Assembly (NCBI GenBank): GCA_964016885.1
Contig: OZ024741.1
Location: 414,904,001-414,968,000 of the forward strand
Length of the DNA stretch: 64,000 nucleotides
Direction: 5' to 3'
Source of the DNA: Eledone cirrhosa
Taxonomy: Eukaryota
The position numbers were made by a program, and so were the translations under genes. Of the stretch, positions 30,001-45,000 are shown piece by piece; position 1 is the stretch's first letter, and every line of letters starts with the position of its first letter. The notes beneath the pieces are model-generated. The model was given only the letters and a program-made list of their open reading frames with translations. It was not told the DNA's origin and searched no databases.

Positions 30001-33000
30001 GTAGTTTAGTAGAATAAGCTGGTACTGGGACACAACATAGGTTTCTTACATAATATAGTGTAGTTTAGTAGAATAAGCTGGTACTAGAACACAACATAGG
30101 TTTCTCACATAATATAGCATAGTTTAGTAGAATAAGTTGGTACTTGAACACAACATAGGTTTCTTACATAATATAGTGTAGTTTAGTAGAATAAGCTGGT
30201 ACTGGGACACAACATAGGTTTCTTACATAATATAGTGTAGTTTAGTAGAATAAGCTGGTACTGGTACACAACATAGGTTTCTTACATAATATAGTGTAGT
30301 TTAGTAGAATAAGCTGGTACCGGGACACAACATAGGTTTCTTACATAATATAGTGAGGTTTAGTAGAATAAGCTGGTACTAGAACACAACATAGGCTTCC
30401 CACATAATATAGTGTAGTTTAGTAGAATAAGTTGGTACTTGAACACAACATAGGTTTCTTACATAATATAGTGTAGTTTAGTAGAATAAGCTGGTACTGG
30501 GACACAACATAGGTTTCTTACATAATATAGTGTAGTTTAGTAGAATAAGCTGGTACTGGTACACAACATAGGTTTCTTACATAATATAGTGTAGTTTAGT
30601 AGAATAAGCTGGTACCGAGACACAACATAGGTTTCTTACATAATATAGTGTGGTTTAGTAGAATAAGCTGGGACTGGGACACAACATAGGTTTCTTACAT
30701 AATATAGTGTGGTTTAGTAGAATAAGCTGGGACTGGGACACAACATAGGTTTCTTACATAATATAGTGAGGTTTAGTAGAATAAGCTGGTACTAGAACAC
30801 AACATAGGTTTCTTACATAATATAGTGTAGTTTAGTAGAATAAGATGGTACTAGAACACAACATAGGTTTGTTACATAATATAGTGAGGTTTAGTAGAAT
30901 AAGCTGGTACTGGTACACAACATAGGTTTCTTACATAATATAGTGTAGTTTAGTAGAATAAGCTGGTACTGGGACACAACATAGGTTTCTTACATAATAT
31001 AGTGTAGATTAGTAGAATAAGCTGGTACTGGTACACAACATAGGTTTCTTACATACTATAGTGTAGTTTAGTAGAATAAGCTGGGACTAGGACACAACAT
31101 AGGTTTCTTACATAATATAGTGTAGTTTAGTAGAATAAGCTGGTACTGGTACACAACATAGGTTTCTTACATAATATAGTGTGGTTTAGTAGAATAAGCT
31201 GGTACTGGGACACAACATAGGTTTCTCACATAATATAGTGTAGTTTAGTAGAATAAGCTGGGACTGGGACACAACATAGGTTTCTTACATAATATAGTGT
31301 AGTTTAGTAGAATAAGTTGGTACTAGAACACAACATAGGTTTCTTACATAATATCGTGTAGTTTAGTAGAATAAGCTGGGACTGGGACACAACATAGGTT
31401 TCTCACATAATATAGTGTAGTTTAGTAGAATAAGCTGGGACTGGGACACAACATAGGTTTCTTACATAATATAGTGTAGTTTAGTAGAATAAGCTGGTAC
31501 TGGGACACAACATAGGTTTCTTACATAATATAGTGTAGTTTAGTAGAATAAGCTGCTACTAGAACACAACATAGGTTTCTTACATAATATAGTGTAGTTT
31601 AGGAGAATAAGCTGGTACTGGGACACAACATAGGTTTCTCACATAATATAGTGTAGTTTAGTAGAATAAGTTGGTACTAGAACACAACATAGGTTTCTTA
31701 CATAATATCGTGTAGTTTAGTAGAATAAGCTGGGACTGGGACACAACATAGGTTTCTTACATAATATAGTGTAGTTTAGTAGAATAAGCTGGTACTAGAA
31801 CACAACATAGGTTTCTCACATAATATAGTGTAGTTTAGTAGAATAAGTTGGTACTAGAACACAACATAGGTTTCTTACATAATATAGTGTAGTTTAGTAG
31901 AATAAGCTGGTACTGGGACACAACATAGGTTTCTTACATAATATAGTGTAGTTTAGTAGAATAAGCTGGTACTGCGACACAACATAGGTTTCTTACATAA
32001 TATAGTGTAGTTTAGTAGAATAAGATGGTACTGGGACACAACATAGGTTTCTTACATAATATAGTGTGGTTTAGTAGAATAAGCTGGTACTGGTACACAA
32101 CATAGATTTCTTACATAATATAGTGTAGTTTAGTAGAATAAGCTGGGACTGGGACACAACATAGGTTTCTTACATAATATAGTGTAGTTTAGTAGAATAA
32201 GCTGGTACTGGGACACAACATAGGTTTCTTACATAATATAGTGTAGTTTAGTAGAATAAGCTGGTACTGGGACACAAAATAGGTTTCTTACATAATATAG
32301 TGTAGTTTAGTAGAATAAGCTGCTACTAGAACACAACATAGGTTTCTTACATAATATAGTGTAGTTTAGTAGAATAAGCTGGTACTGGGACACAAAATAG
32401 GTTTCTTACATAATATAGTGTAGTTTAGTAGAATAAGCTGGTACTAGAACACAACATAGGTTTCTTACATAATATAGTGTAGTTTAGTAGAATAAGCTGG
32501 TACTGGGACACAAAATAGGTTTCTTACATAATATAGTGTAGTTTAGTAGAATAAGCTGCTACTAGAACACAACATAGGTTTCTTACATAATATAGTGTCG
32601 TTTAGTAGAATAAGCTGGTACTGGGACACAACATAGGTTTCTTACATAATATAGTGTAGTTTAGTAGAATAAGCTGCTACTAGAACACAACATAGGTTTC
32701 TTACATAATATAGTGTAGTTTAGTAGAATAAGCTGGTACTAGAACACAACATAGGTTTCTTACATAATATAGTGTAGTTTAGTAGAATAAGCTGGTACTG
32801 GGACACAACATAGGTTTCTTACATAATATAGTGTAGTTTAGAAGAATAAGCTGGTACTGGGACACAACATAGGTTTCTTACATAATATGGTGTAGTTTAG
32901 TAGAATAAGCTGGTACTGGGACACAACATAGGTTTCTTACGTAATATAGTGTAGTTTAGTAGAATAAGCTGGTACTGGGACACAACATAGGTTTCTTACA

Positions 33001-36000
33001 TAATATAGTGAGGTTTAGTAGAATAAGCTGGTACTGGTACACAACATAGGTTTCTTACATAATATAGTGTGGTTTAGTAGAATAAGCTGGGACTGGGACA
33101 CAACATAGGTTTCTTACATAATATAGTGTAGTTTAGTAGAATAAGCTGGTACTGGGACACAACATAGGTTTCTTACATAATATAGTGAGGTTTAGTAGAA
33201 TAAGCTGGTACTAGAACACAACATAGGTTTCTTACATAATATAGTGTGGTTTAGTAGAATAAGCTGGGACTGGGACACAACATAGGTTTCTTACATAATA
33301 TAGTGTAGTTTAGTAGAATAAGCTGCTACTAGAACACAACATAGGTTTCTTACATAATATAGTGTAGTTTAGTAGAATAAGCTGGTACTGGGACACAACA
33401 TAGGTTTCTTACATAATATAGTGTAGTTTAGTAGAATAAGCTGCTACTAGAACACAACATAGGTTTCTTACATAATATAGTGTAGTTTAGTAGAATAAGC
33501 TGGTACTAGAACACAACATAGGTTTCTTACATAATATAGTGTGGTTTAGTAGAATAAGCTGGTACTGGGACACAACATAGGTTTCTTACATAACATAGTG
33601 TAGTTTAGTAGAATAAGCTGGTACTGGGACACAACATAGGTTTCTTACATAATATAGTGTAGTTTAGTAGAATAAGCTGGTACTGGGACACAACATAGGT
33701 TTCTTACATAATATAGTGAGATTTAGTAGAATAAGCTGCTACTGGGACACAACATAGGTTTCTTACATAATATAGTGTAGTTTAGTAGAATAAGCTGGTA
33801 CTGGGACACAACATAGGTTTCTTACATAATATAGTGAGATTTAGTAGAATAAGCTGCTACTGGGACACAACATAGGTTTCTTACATAATATAGTGTAGTT
33901 TAGTAGAATAAGCTGGTACTGGGACACAACATAGGTTTCTTACATAATATAGTGTAGTTTAGTAGAATAAGCTGGTACTAGAACACAACATAGGTTTCTC
34001 ACATAATATAGCGTAGTTTAGTAGAATAAGTTGGTACTTGAACACAACATAGGTTTCTTACATAATATAGTGTAGTTTAGTAGAATAAGCTGCTACTAGA
34101 ACACAACATAGGTTTCTTACATAATATAGTGTAGTTTAGTAGAATAAGCTGGTACTGGGACACAACATAGGTTTCTTACATAATATAGTGTAGTTTAGTA
34201 GAATAAGCTGCTACTAGAACACAACATAGGTTTCTTACATAATATAGTGTAGTTTAGTAGAATAAGCTGGTACTAGAACACAACATAGGTTTCTTACATA
34301 ATATAGTGTGGTTTAGTAGAATAAGCTGGTACTGGGACACAACATAGGTTTCTTACATAACATAGTGTAGTTTAGTAGAATAAGCTGGTACTGGGACATA
34401 ACATAGGTTTCTTACATAATATAGTGTAGTTTAGTAGAATAAGCTGGTACTGGGACACAACATAGGTTTCTTACATAATATAGTGAGATTTAGTAGAATA
34501 AGCTGCTACTGGGACACAACATAGGTTTCTTACATAATATAGTGTAGTTTAGTAGAATAAGCTGGTACTGGGACACAACATAGGTTTCTTACATAATATA
34601 GTGAGATTTAGTAGAATAAGCTGCTACTGGGACACAACATAGGTTTCTTACATAATATAGTGTAGTTTAGTAGAATAAGCTGGTACTGGGACACAACATA
34701 GGTTTCTTACATAATATAGTGTAGTTTAGTAGAATAAGCTGGTACTAGAACACAACATAGGTTTCTCACATAATATAGCGTAGTTTAGTAGAATAAGTTG
34801 GTACTTGAACACAACATAGGTTTCTTACATAATATAGTGTAGTTTAGTAGAATAAGCTGGTACTGGGACACAACATAGGTTTCTTACATAATATAGTGTA
34901 GTTTAGTAGAATAAGCTGCTACTAGAACACAACATAGGTTTCTTACATAATATAGTGTAGTTTAGTAGAATAAGCTGGTACTGGGACACAACATAGGTTT
35001 CTTACATAATATAGTGAGATTTAGTAGAATAAGCTGGTACTGGGACACAACATAGGTTTCTTACATAATATAGTGTAGTTTAGTAGAATAAGCTGGTACT
35101 GGGACACAACATAGGTTTCTTACATAATATAGTGAGGTTTAGTAGAATAAGCTGGTACTGGTACACAACATAGGTTTCTTACATAATATAGTGTGGTTTA
35201 GTAGAATAAGCTGGGACTGGGACACAACATAGGTTTCTTACATAATATAGTGTAGTTTAGTAGAATAAGCTAGTACTGGGACACAACATAGGTTTCTTAC
35301 ATAATATAGTGAGGTTTAGTAGAATAAGCTGGTACTAGAACACAACATAGGTTTCTTACATAATATAGTGTGGTTTAGTAGAATAAGCTGGGACTGGGAC
35401 ACAACATAGGTTTCTTACATAATATAGTGTAGTTTAGTAGAATAAGCTGCTACTAGAACACAACATAGGTTTCTTACATAATATAGTGTAGTTTAGTAGA
35501 ATAAGCTGGTACTGGGACACAACATAGGTTTCTTACATAATATAGTGTAGTTTAGTAGAATAAGCTGCTACTAGAACACAACATAGGTTTCTTACATAAT
35601 ATAGTGTAGTTTAGTAGAATAAGCTGGTACTAGAACACAACATAGGTTTCTTACATAATATAGTGTGGTTTAGTAGAATAAGCTGGTACTGGGACACAAC
35701 ATAGGTTTCTTACATAACATAGTGTAGTTTAGTAGAATAAGCTGGTACTGGGACACAACATAGGTTTCTTACATAATATAGTGTAGTTTAGTAGAATAAG
35801 CTGGTACTGGGACACAACATAGGTTTCTTACATAATATAGTGAGATTTAGTAGAATAAGCTGCTACTGGGACACAACATAGGTTTCTTACATAATATAGT
35901 GTAGTTTAGTAGAATAAGCTGGTACTGGGACACAACATAGGTTTCTTACATAATATAGTGAGATTTAGTAGAATAAGCTGCTACTGGGACACAACATAGG

Positions 36001-39000
36001 TTTCTTACATAATATAGTGTAGTTTAGTAGAATAAGCTGGTACTGGGACACAACATAGGTTTCTTACATAATATAGTGTAGTTTAGTAGAATAAGCTGGT
36101 ACTAGAACACAACATAGGTTTCTCACATAATATAGCGTAGTTTAGTAGAATAAGTTGGTACTTGAACACAACATAGGTTTCTTACATAATATAGTGTAGT
36201 TTAGTAGAATAAGCTGGTACTGGGACACAACATAGGTTTCTTACATAATATAGTGTAGTTTAGTAGAATAAGCTGGTACTGGGACACAACATAGGTTTCT
36301 TACATAATATAGTGTAGTTTAGTAGAATAAGCTGGTACTAGAACACAACATAGGTTTCTCACATAATATAGCATAGTTTAGTAGAATAAGTTGGTACTTG
36401 AACACAACATAGGTTTCTTACATAATATAGTGTAGTTTAGTAGAATAAGCTGGTACTGGGACACAACATAGGTTTCTTACATAATATAGTGTAGTTTAGT
36501 AGAATAAGCTGGTACTGGTACACAACATAGGTTTCTTACATAATATAGTGTAGTTTAGTAGAATAAGCTGGTACCGGGACACAACATAGGTTTCTTACAT
36601 AATATAGTGAGGTTTAGTAGAATAAGCTGGTACTAGAACACAACATAGGCTTCCCACATAATATAGTGTAGTTTAGTAGAATAAGTTGGTACTTGAACAC
36701 AACATAGGTTTCTTACATAATATAGTGTAGTTTAGTAGAATAAGCTGGTACTGGGACACAACATAGGTTTCTTACATAATATAGTGTAGTTTAGTAGAAT
36801 AAGCTGGTACTGGTACACAACATAGGTTTCTTACATAATATAGTGTAGTTTAGTAGAATAAGCTGGTACCGAGACACAACATAGGTTTCTTACATAATAT
36901 AGTGTGGTTTAGTAGAATAAGCTGGGACTGGGACACAACATAGGTTTCTTACATAATATAGTGTGGTTTAGTAGAATAAGCTGGGACTGGGACACAACAT
37001 AGGTTTCTTACATAATATAGTGAGGTTTAGTAGAATAAGCTGGTACTAGAACACAACATAGGTTTCTTACATAATATAGTGTAGTTTAGTAGAATAAGAT
37101 GGTACTAGAACACAACATAGGTTTGTTACATAATATAGTGAGGTTTAGTAGAATAAGCTGGTACTGGTACACAACATAGGTTTCTTACATAATATAGTGT
37201 AGTTTAGTAGAATAAGCTGGTACTGGGACACAACATAGGTTTCTTACATAATATAGTGTAGATTAGTAGAATAAGCTGGTACTGGTACACAACATAGGTT
37301 TCTTACATACTATAGTGTAGTTTAGTAGAATAAGCTGGGACTAGGACACAACATAGGTTTCTTACATAATATAGTGTAGTTTAGTAGAATAAGCTGGTAC
37401 TGGTACACAACATAGGTTTCTTACATAATATAGTGTGGTTTAGTAGAATAAGCTGGTACTGGGACACAACATAGGTTTCTCACATAATATAGTGTAGTTT
37501 AGTAGAATAAGCTGGGACTGGGACACAACATAGGTTTCTTACATAATATAGTGTAGTTTAGTAGAATAAGTTGGTACTAGAACACAACATAGGTTTCTTA
37601 CATAATATCGTGTAGTTTAGTAGAATAAGCTGGGACTGGGACACAACATAGGTTTCTCACATAATATAGTGTAGTTTAGTAGAATAAGCTGGGACTGGGA
37701 CACAACATAGGTTTCTTACATAATATAGTGTAGTTTAGTAGAATAAGCTGGTACTGGGACACAACATAGGTTTCTTACATAATATAGTGTAGTTTAGTAG
37801 AATAAGCTGCTACTAGAACACAACATAGGTTTCTTACATAATATAGTGTAGTTTAGGAGAATAAGCTGGTACTGGGACACAACATAGGTTTCTCACATAA
37901 TATAGTGTAGTTTAGTAGAATAAGTTGGTACTAGAACACAACATAGGTTTCTTACATAATATCGTGTAGTTTAGTAGAATAAGCTGGGACTGGGACACAA
38001 CATAGGTTTCTTACATAATATAGTGTAGTTTAGTAGAATAAGCTGGTACTAGAACACAACATAGGTTTCTCACATAATATAGTGTAGTTTAGTAGAATAA
38101 GTTGGTACTAGAACACAACATAGGTTTCTTACATAATATAGTGTAGTTTAGTAGAATAAGCTGGTACTGGGACACAACATAGGTTTCTTACATAATATAG
38201 TGTAGTTTAGTAGAATAAGCTGGTACTGCGACACAACATAGGTTTCTTACATAATATAGTGTAGTTTAGTAGAATAAGATGGTACTGGGACACAACATAG
38301 GTTTCTTACATAATATAGTGTGGTTTAGTAGAATAAGCTGGTACTGGTACACAACATAGATTTCTTACATAATATAGTGTAGTTTAGTAGAATAAGCTGG
38401 GACTGGGACACAACATAGGTTTCTTACATAATATAGTGTAGTTTAGTAGAATAAGCTGGTACTGGGACACAACATAGGTTTCTTACATAATATAGTGTAG
38501 TTTAGTAGAATAAGCTGGTACTGGGACACAAAATAGGTTTCTTACATAATATAGTGTAGTTTAGTAGAATAAGCTGCTACTAGAACACAACATAGGTTTC
38601 TTACATAATATAGTGTAGTTTAGTAGAATAAGCTGGTACTGGGACACAAAATAGGTTTCTTACATAATATAGTGTAGTTTAGTAGAATAAGCTGGTACTA
38701 GAACACAACATAGGTTTCTTACATAATATAGTGTAGTTTAGTAGAATAAGCTGGTACTGGGACACAAAATAGGTTTCTTACATAATATAGTGTAGTTTAG
38801 TAGAATAAGCTGCTACTAGAACACAACATAGGTTTCTTACATAATATAGTGTCGTTTAGTAGAATAAGCTGGTACTGGGACACAACATAGGTTTCTTACA
38901 TAATATAGTGTAGTTTAGTAGAATAAGCTGCTACTAGAACACAACATAGGTTTCTTACATAATATAGTGTAGTTTAGTAGAATAAGCTGGTACTAGAACA

Positions 39001-42000
39001 CAACATAGGTTTCTTACATAATATAGTGTAGTTTAGTAGAATAAGCTGGTACTGGGACACAACATAGGTTTCTTACATAATATAGTGTAGTTTAGAAGAA
39101 TAAGCTGGTACTGGGACACAACATAGGTTTCTTACATAATATGGTGTAGTTTAGTAGAATAAGCTGGTACTGGGACACAACATAGGTTTCTTACGTAATA
39201 TAGTGTAGTTTAGTAGAATAAGCTGGTACTGGGACACAACATAGGTTTCTTACATAATATAGTGAGGTTTAGTAGAATAAGCTGGTACTGGTACACAACA
39301 TAGGTTTCTTACATAATATAGTGTGGTTTAGTAGAATAAGCTGGGACTGGGACACAACATAGGTTTCTTACATAATATAGTGTAGTTTAGTAGAATAAGC
39401 TGGTACTGGGACACAACATAGGTTTCTTACATAATATAGTGAGGTTTAGTAGAATAAGCTGGTACTAGAACACAACATAGGTTTCTTACATAATATAGTG
39501 TGGTTTAGTAGAATAAGCTGGGACTGGGACACAACATAGGTTTCTTACATAATATAGTGTAGTTTAGTAGAATAAGCTGCTACTAGAACACAACATAGGT
39601 TTCTTACATAATATAGTGTAGTTTAGTAGAATAAGCTGGTACTGGGACACAACATAGGTTTCTTACATAATATAGTGTAGTTTAGTAGAATAAGCTGCTA
39701 CTAGAACACAACATAGGTTTCTTACATAATATAGTGTAGTTTAGTAGAATAAGCTGGTACTAGAACACAACATAGGTTTCTTACATAATATAGTGTGGTT
39801 TAGTAGAATAAGCTGGTACTGGGACACAACATAGGTTTCTTACATAACATAGTGTAGTTTAGTAGAATAAGCTGGTACTGGGACACAACATAGGTTTCTT
39901 ACATAATATAGTGTAGTTTAGTAGAATAAGCTGGTACTGGGACACAACATAGGTTTCTTACATAATATAGTGAGATTTAGTAGAATAAGCTGCTACTGGG
40001 ACACAACATAGGTTTCTTACATAATATAGTGTAGTTTAGTAGAATAAGCTGGTACTGGGACACAACATAGGTTTCTTACATAATATAGTGAGATTTAGTA
40101 GAATAAGCTGCTACTGGGACACAACATAGGTTTCTTACATAATATAGTGTAGTTTAGTAGAATAAGCTGGTACTGGGACACAACATAGGTTTCTTACATA
40201 ATATAGTGTAGTTTAGTAGAATAAGCTGGTACTAGAACACAACATAGGTTTCTCACATAATATAGCGTAGTTTAGTAGAATAAGTTGGTACTTGAACACA
40301 ACATAGGTTTCTTACATAATATAGTGTAGTTTAGTAGAATAAGCTGCTACTAGAACACAACATAGGTTTCTTACATAATATAGTGTAGTTTAGTAGAATA
40401 AGCTGGTACTGGGACACAACATAGGTTTCTTACATAATATAGTGTAGTTTAGTAGAATAAGCTGCTACTAGAACACAACATAGGTTTCTTACATAATATA
40501 GTGTAGTTTAGTAGAATAAGCTGGTACTAGAACACAACATAGGTTTCTTACATAATATAGTGTGGTTTAGTAGAATAAGCTGGTACTGGGACACAACATA
40601 GGTTTCTTACATAACATAGTGTAGTTTAGTAGAATAAGCTGGTACTGGGACACAACATAGGTTTCTTACATAATATAGTGTAGTTTAGTAGAATAAGCTG
40701 GTACTGGGACACAACATAGGTTTCTTACATAATATAGTGAGATTTAGTAGAATAAGCTGCTACTGGGACACAACATAGGTTTCTTACATAATATAGTGTA
40801 GTTTAGTAGAATAAGCTGGTACTGGGACACAACATAGGTTTCTTACATAATATAGTGAGATTTAGTAGAATAAGCTGCTACTGGGACACAACATAGGTTT
40901 CTTACATAATATAGTGTAGTTTAGTAGAATAAGCTGGTACTGGGACACAACATAGGTTTCTTACATAATATAGTGTAGTTTAGTAGAATAAGCTGGTACT
41001 AGAACACAACATAGGTTTCTCACATAATATAGCGTAGTTTAGTAGAATAAGTTGGTACTTGAACACAACATAGGTTTCTTACATAATATAGTGTAGTTTA
41101 GTAGAATAAGCTGGTACTGGGACACAACATAGGTTTCTTACATAATATAGTGTAGTTTAGTAGAATAAGCTGGTACTGGGACACAACATAGGTTTCTTAC
41201 ATAATATAGTGTAGTTTAGTAGAATAAGCTGGTACTAGAACACAACATAGGTTTCTCACATAATATAGCGTAGTTTAGTAGAATAAGTTGGTACTTGAAC
41301 ACAACATAGGTTTCTTACATAATATAGTGTAGTTTAGTAGAATAAGCTGGTACTGGGACACAACATAGGTTTCTTACATAATATAGTGTAGTTTAGTAGA
41401 ATAAGCTGGTACTGGTACACAACATAGGTTTCTTACATAATATAGTGTAGTTTAGTAGAATAAGCTGGTACCGGGACACAACATAGGTTTCTTACATAAT
41501 ATAGTGAGGTTTAGTAGAATAAGCTGGTACTAGAACACAACATAGGCTTCCCACATAATATAGTGTAGTTTAGTAGAATAAGTTGGTACTTGAACACAAC
41601 ATAGGTTTCTTACATAATATAGTGTAGTTTAGTAGAATAAGCTGGTACTGGGACACAACATAGGTTTCTTACATAATATAGTGTAGTTTAGTAGAATAAG
41701 CTGGTACTGGTACACAACATAGGTTTCTTACATAATATAGTGTAGTTTAGTAGAATAAGCTGGTACCGAGACACAACATAGGTTTCTTACATAATATAGT
41801 GTGGTTTAGTAGAATAAGCTGGGACTGGGACACAACATAGGTTTCTTACATAATATAGTGTGGTTTAGTAGAATAAGCTGGGACTGGGACACAACATAGG
41901 TTTCTTACATAATATAGTGAGGTTTAGTAGAATAAGCTGGTACTAGAACACAACATAGGTTTCTTACATAATATAGTGTAGTTTAGTAGAATAAGATGGT

Positions 42001-45000
42001 ACTAGAACACAACATAGGTTTGTTACATAATATAGTGAGGTTTAGTAGAATAAGCTGGTACTGGTACACAACATAGGTTTCTTACATAATATAGTGTAGT
42101 TTAGTAGAATAAGCTGGTACTGGGACACAACATAGGTTTCTTACATAATATAGTGTAGATTAGTAGAATAAGCTGGTACTGGTACACAACATAGGTTTCT
42201 TACATACTATAGTGTAGTTTAGTAGAATAAGCTGGGACTAGGACACAACATAGGTTTCTTACATAATATAGTGTAGTTTAGTAGAATAAGCTGGTACTGG
42301 TACACAACATAGGTTTCTTACATAATATAGTGTCGTTTAGTAGAATAAGCTGGTACTGGGACACAACATAGGTTTCTTACATAATATAGTGTAGTTTAGT
42401 AGAATAAGCTGCTACTAGAACACAACATAGGTTTCTTACATAATATAGTGTAGTTTAGTAGAATAAGCTGGTACTAGAACACAACATAGGTTTCTTACAT
42501 AATATAGTGTAGTTTAGTAGAATAAGCTGGTACTGGGACACAACATAGGTTTCTTACATAATATAGTGTAGTTTAGAAGAATAAGCTGGTACTGGGACAC
42601 AACATAGGTTTCTTACATAATATGGTGTAGTTTAGTAGAATAAGCTGGTACTGGGACACAACATAGGTTTCTTACGTAATATAGTGTAGTTTAGTAGAAT
42701 AAGCTGGTACTGGGACACAACATAGGTTTCTTACATAATATAGTGAGGTTTAGTAGAATAAGCTGGTACTGGTACACAACATAGGTTTCTTACATAATAT
42801 AGTGTGGTTTAGTAGAATAAGCTGGGACTGGGACACAACATAGGTTTCTTACATAATATAGTGTAGTTTAGTAGAATAAGCTGGTACTGGGACACAACAT
42901 AGGTTTCTTACATAATATAGTGAGGTTTAGTAGAATAAGCTGGTACTAGAACACAACATAGGTTTCTTACATAATATAGTGTGGTTTAGTAGAATAAGCT
43001 GGGACTGGGACACAACATAGGTTTCTTACATAATATAGTGTAGTTTAGTAGAATAAGCTGCTACTAGAACACAACATAGGTTTCTTACATAATATAGTGT
43101 AGTTTAGTAGAATAAGCTGGTACTGGGACACAACATAGGTTTCTTACATAATATAGTGTAGTTTAGTAGAATAAGCTGCTACTAGAACACAACATAGGTT
43201 TCTTACATAATATAGTGTAGTTTAGTAGAATAAGCTGGTACTAGAACACAACATAGGTTTCTTACATAATATAGTGTGGTTTAGTAGAATAAGCTGGTAC
43301 TGGGACACAACATAGGTTTCTTACATAACATAGTGTAGTTTAGTAGAATAAGCTGGTACTGGGACACAACATAGGTTTCTTACATAATATAGTGTAGTTT
43401 AGTAGAATAAGCTGGTACTGGGACACAACATAGGTTTCTTACATAATATAGTGAGATTTAGTAGAATAAGCTGCTACTGGGACACAACATAGGTTTCTTA
43501 CATAATATAGTGTAGTTTAGTAGAATAAGCTGGTACTGGGACACAACATAGGTTTCTTACATAATATAGTGAGATTTAGTAGAATAAGCTGCTACTGGGA
43601 CACAACATAGGTTTCTTACATAATATAGTGTAGTTTAGTAGAATAAGCTGGTACTGGGACACAACATAGGTTTCTTACATAATATAGTGTAGTTTAGTAG
43701 AATAAGCTGGTACTAGAACACAACATAGGTTTCTCACATAATATAGCGTAGTTTAGTAGAATAAGTTGGTACTTGAACACAACATAGGTTTCTTACATAA
43801 TATAGTGTAGTTTAGTAGAATAAGCTGCTACTAGAACACAACATAGGTTTCTTACATAATATAGTGTAGTTTAGTAGAATAAGCTGGTACTGGGACACAA
43901 CATAGGTTTCTTACATAATATAGTGTAGTTTAGTAGAATAAGCTGCTACTAGAACACAACATAGGTTTCTTACATAATATAGTGTAGTTTAGTAGAATAA
44001 GCTGGTACTAGAACACAACATAGGTTTCTTACATAATATAGTGTGGTTTAGTAGAATAAGCTGGTACTGGGACACAACATAGGTTTCTTACATAACATAG
44101 TGTAGTTTAGTAGAATAAGCTGGTACTGGGACACAACATAGGTTTCTTACATAATATAGTGTAGTTTAGTAGAATAAGCTGGTACTGGGACACAACATAG
44201 GTTTCTTACATAATATAGTGAGATTTAGTAGAATAAGCTGCTACTGGGACACAACATAGGTTTCTTACATAATATAGTGTAGTTTAGTAGAATAAGCTGG
44301 TACTGGGACACAACATAGGTTTCTTACATAATATAGTGAGATTTAGTAGAATAAGCTGCTACTGGGACACAACATAGGTTTCTTACATAATATAGTGTAG
44401 TTTAGTAGAATAAGCTGGTACTGGGACACAACATAGGTTTCTTACATAATATAGTGTAGTTTAGTAGAATAAGCTGGTACTAGAACACAACATAGGTTTC
44501 TCACATAATATAGCGTAGTTTAGTAGAATAAGTTGGTACTTGAACACAACATAGGTTTCTTACATAATATAGTGTAGTTTAGTAGAATAAGCTGGTACTG
44601 GGACACAACATAGGTTTCTTACATAATATAGTGTAGTTTAGTAGAATAAGCTGGTACTGGGACACAACATAGGTTTCTTACATAATATAGTGTAGTTTAG
44701 TAGAATAAGCTGGTACTAGAACACAACATAGGTTTCTCACATAATATAGCGTAGTTTAGTAGAATAAGTTGGTACTTGAACACAACATAGGTTTCTTACA
44801 TAATATAGTGTAGTTTAGTAGAATAAGCTGGTACTGGGACACAACATAGGTTTCTTACATAATATAGTGTAGTTTAGTAGAATAAGCTGGTACTGGTACA
44901 CAACATAGGTTTCTTACATAATATAGTGTAGTTTAGTAGAATAAGCTGGTACCGGGACACAACATAGGTTTCTTACATAATATAGTGAGGTTTAGTAGAA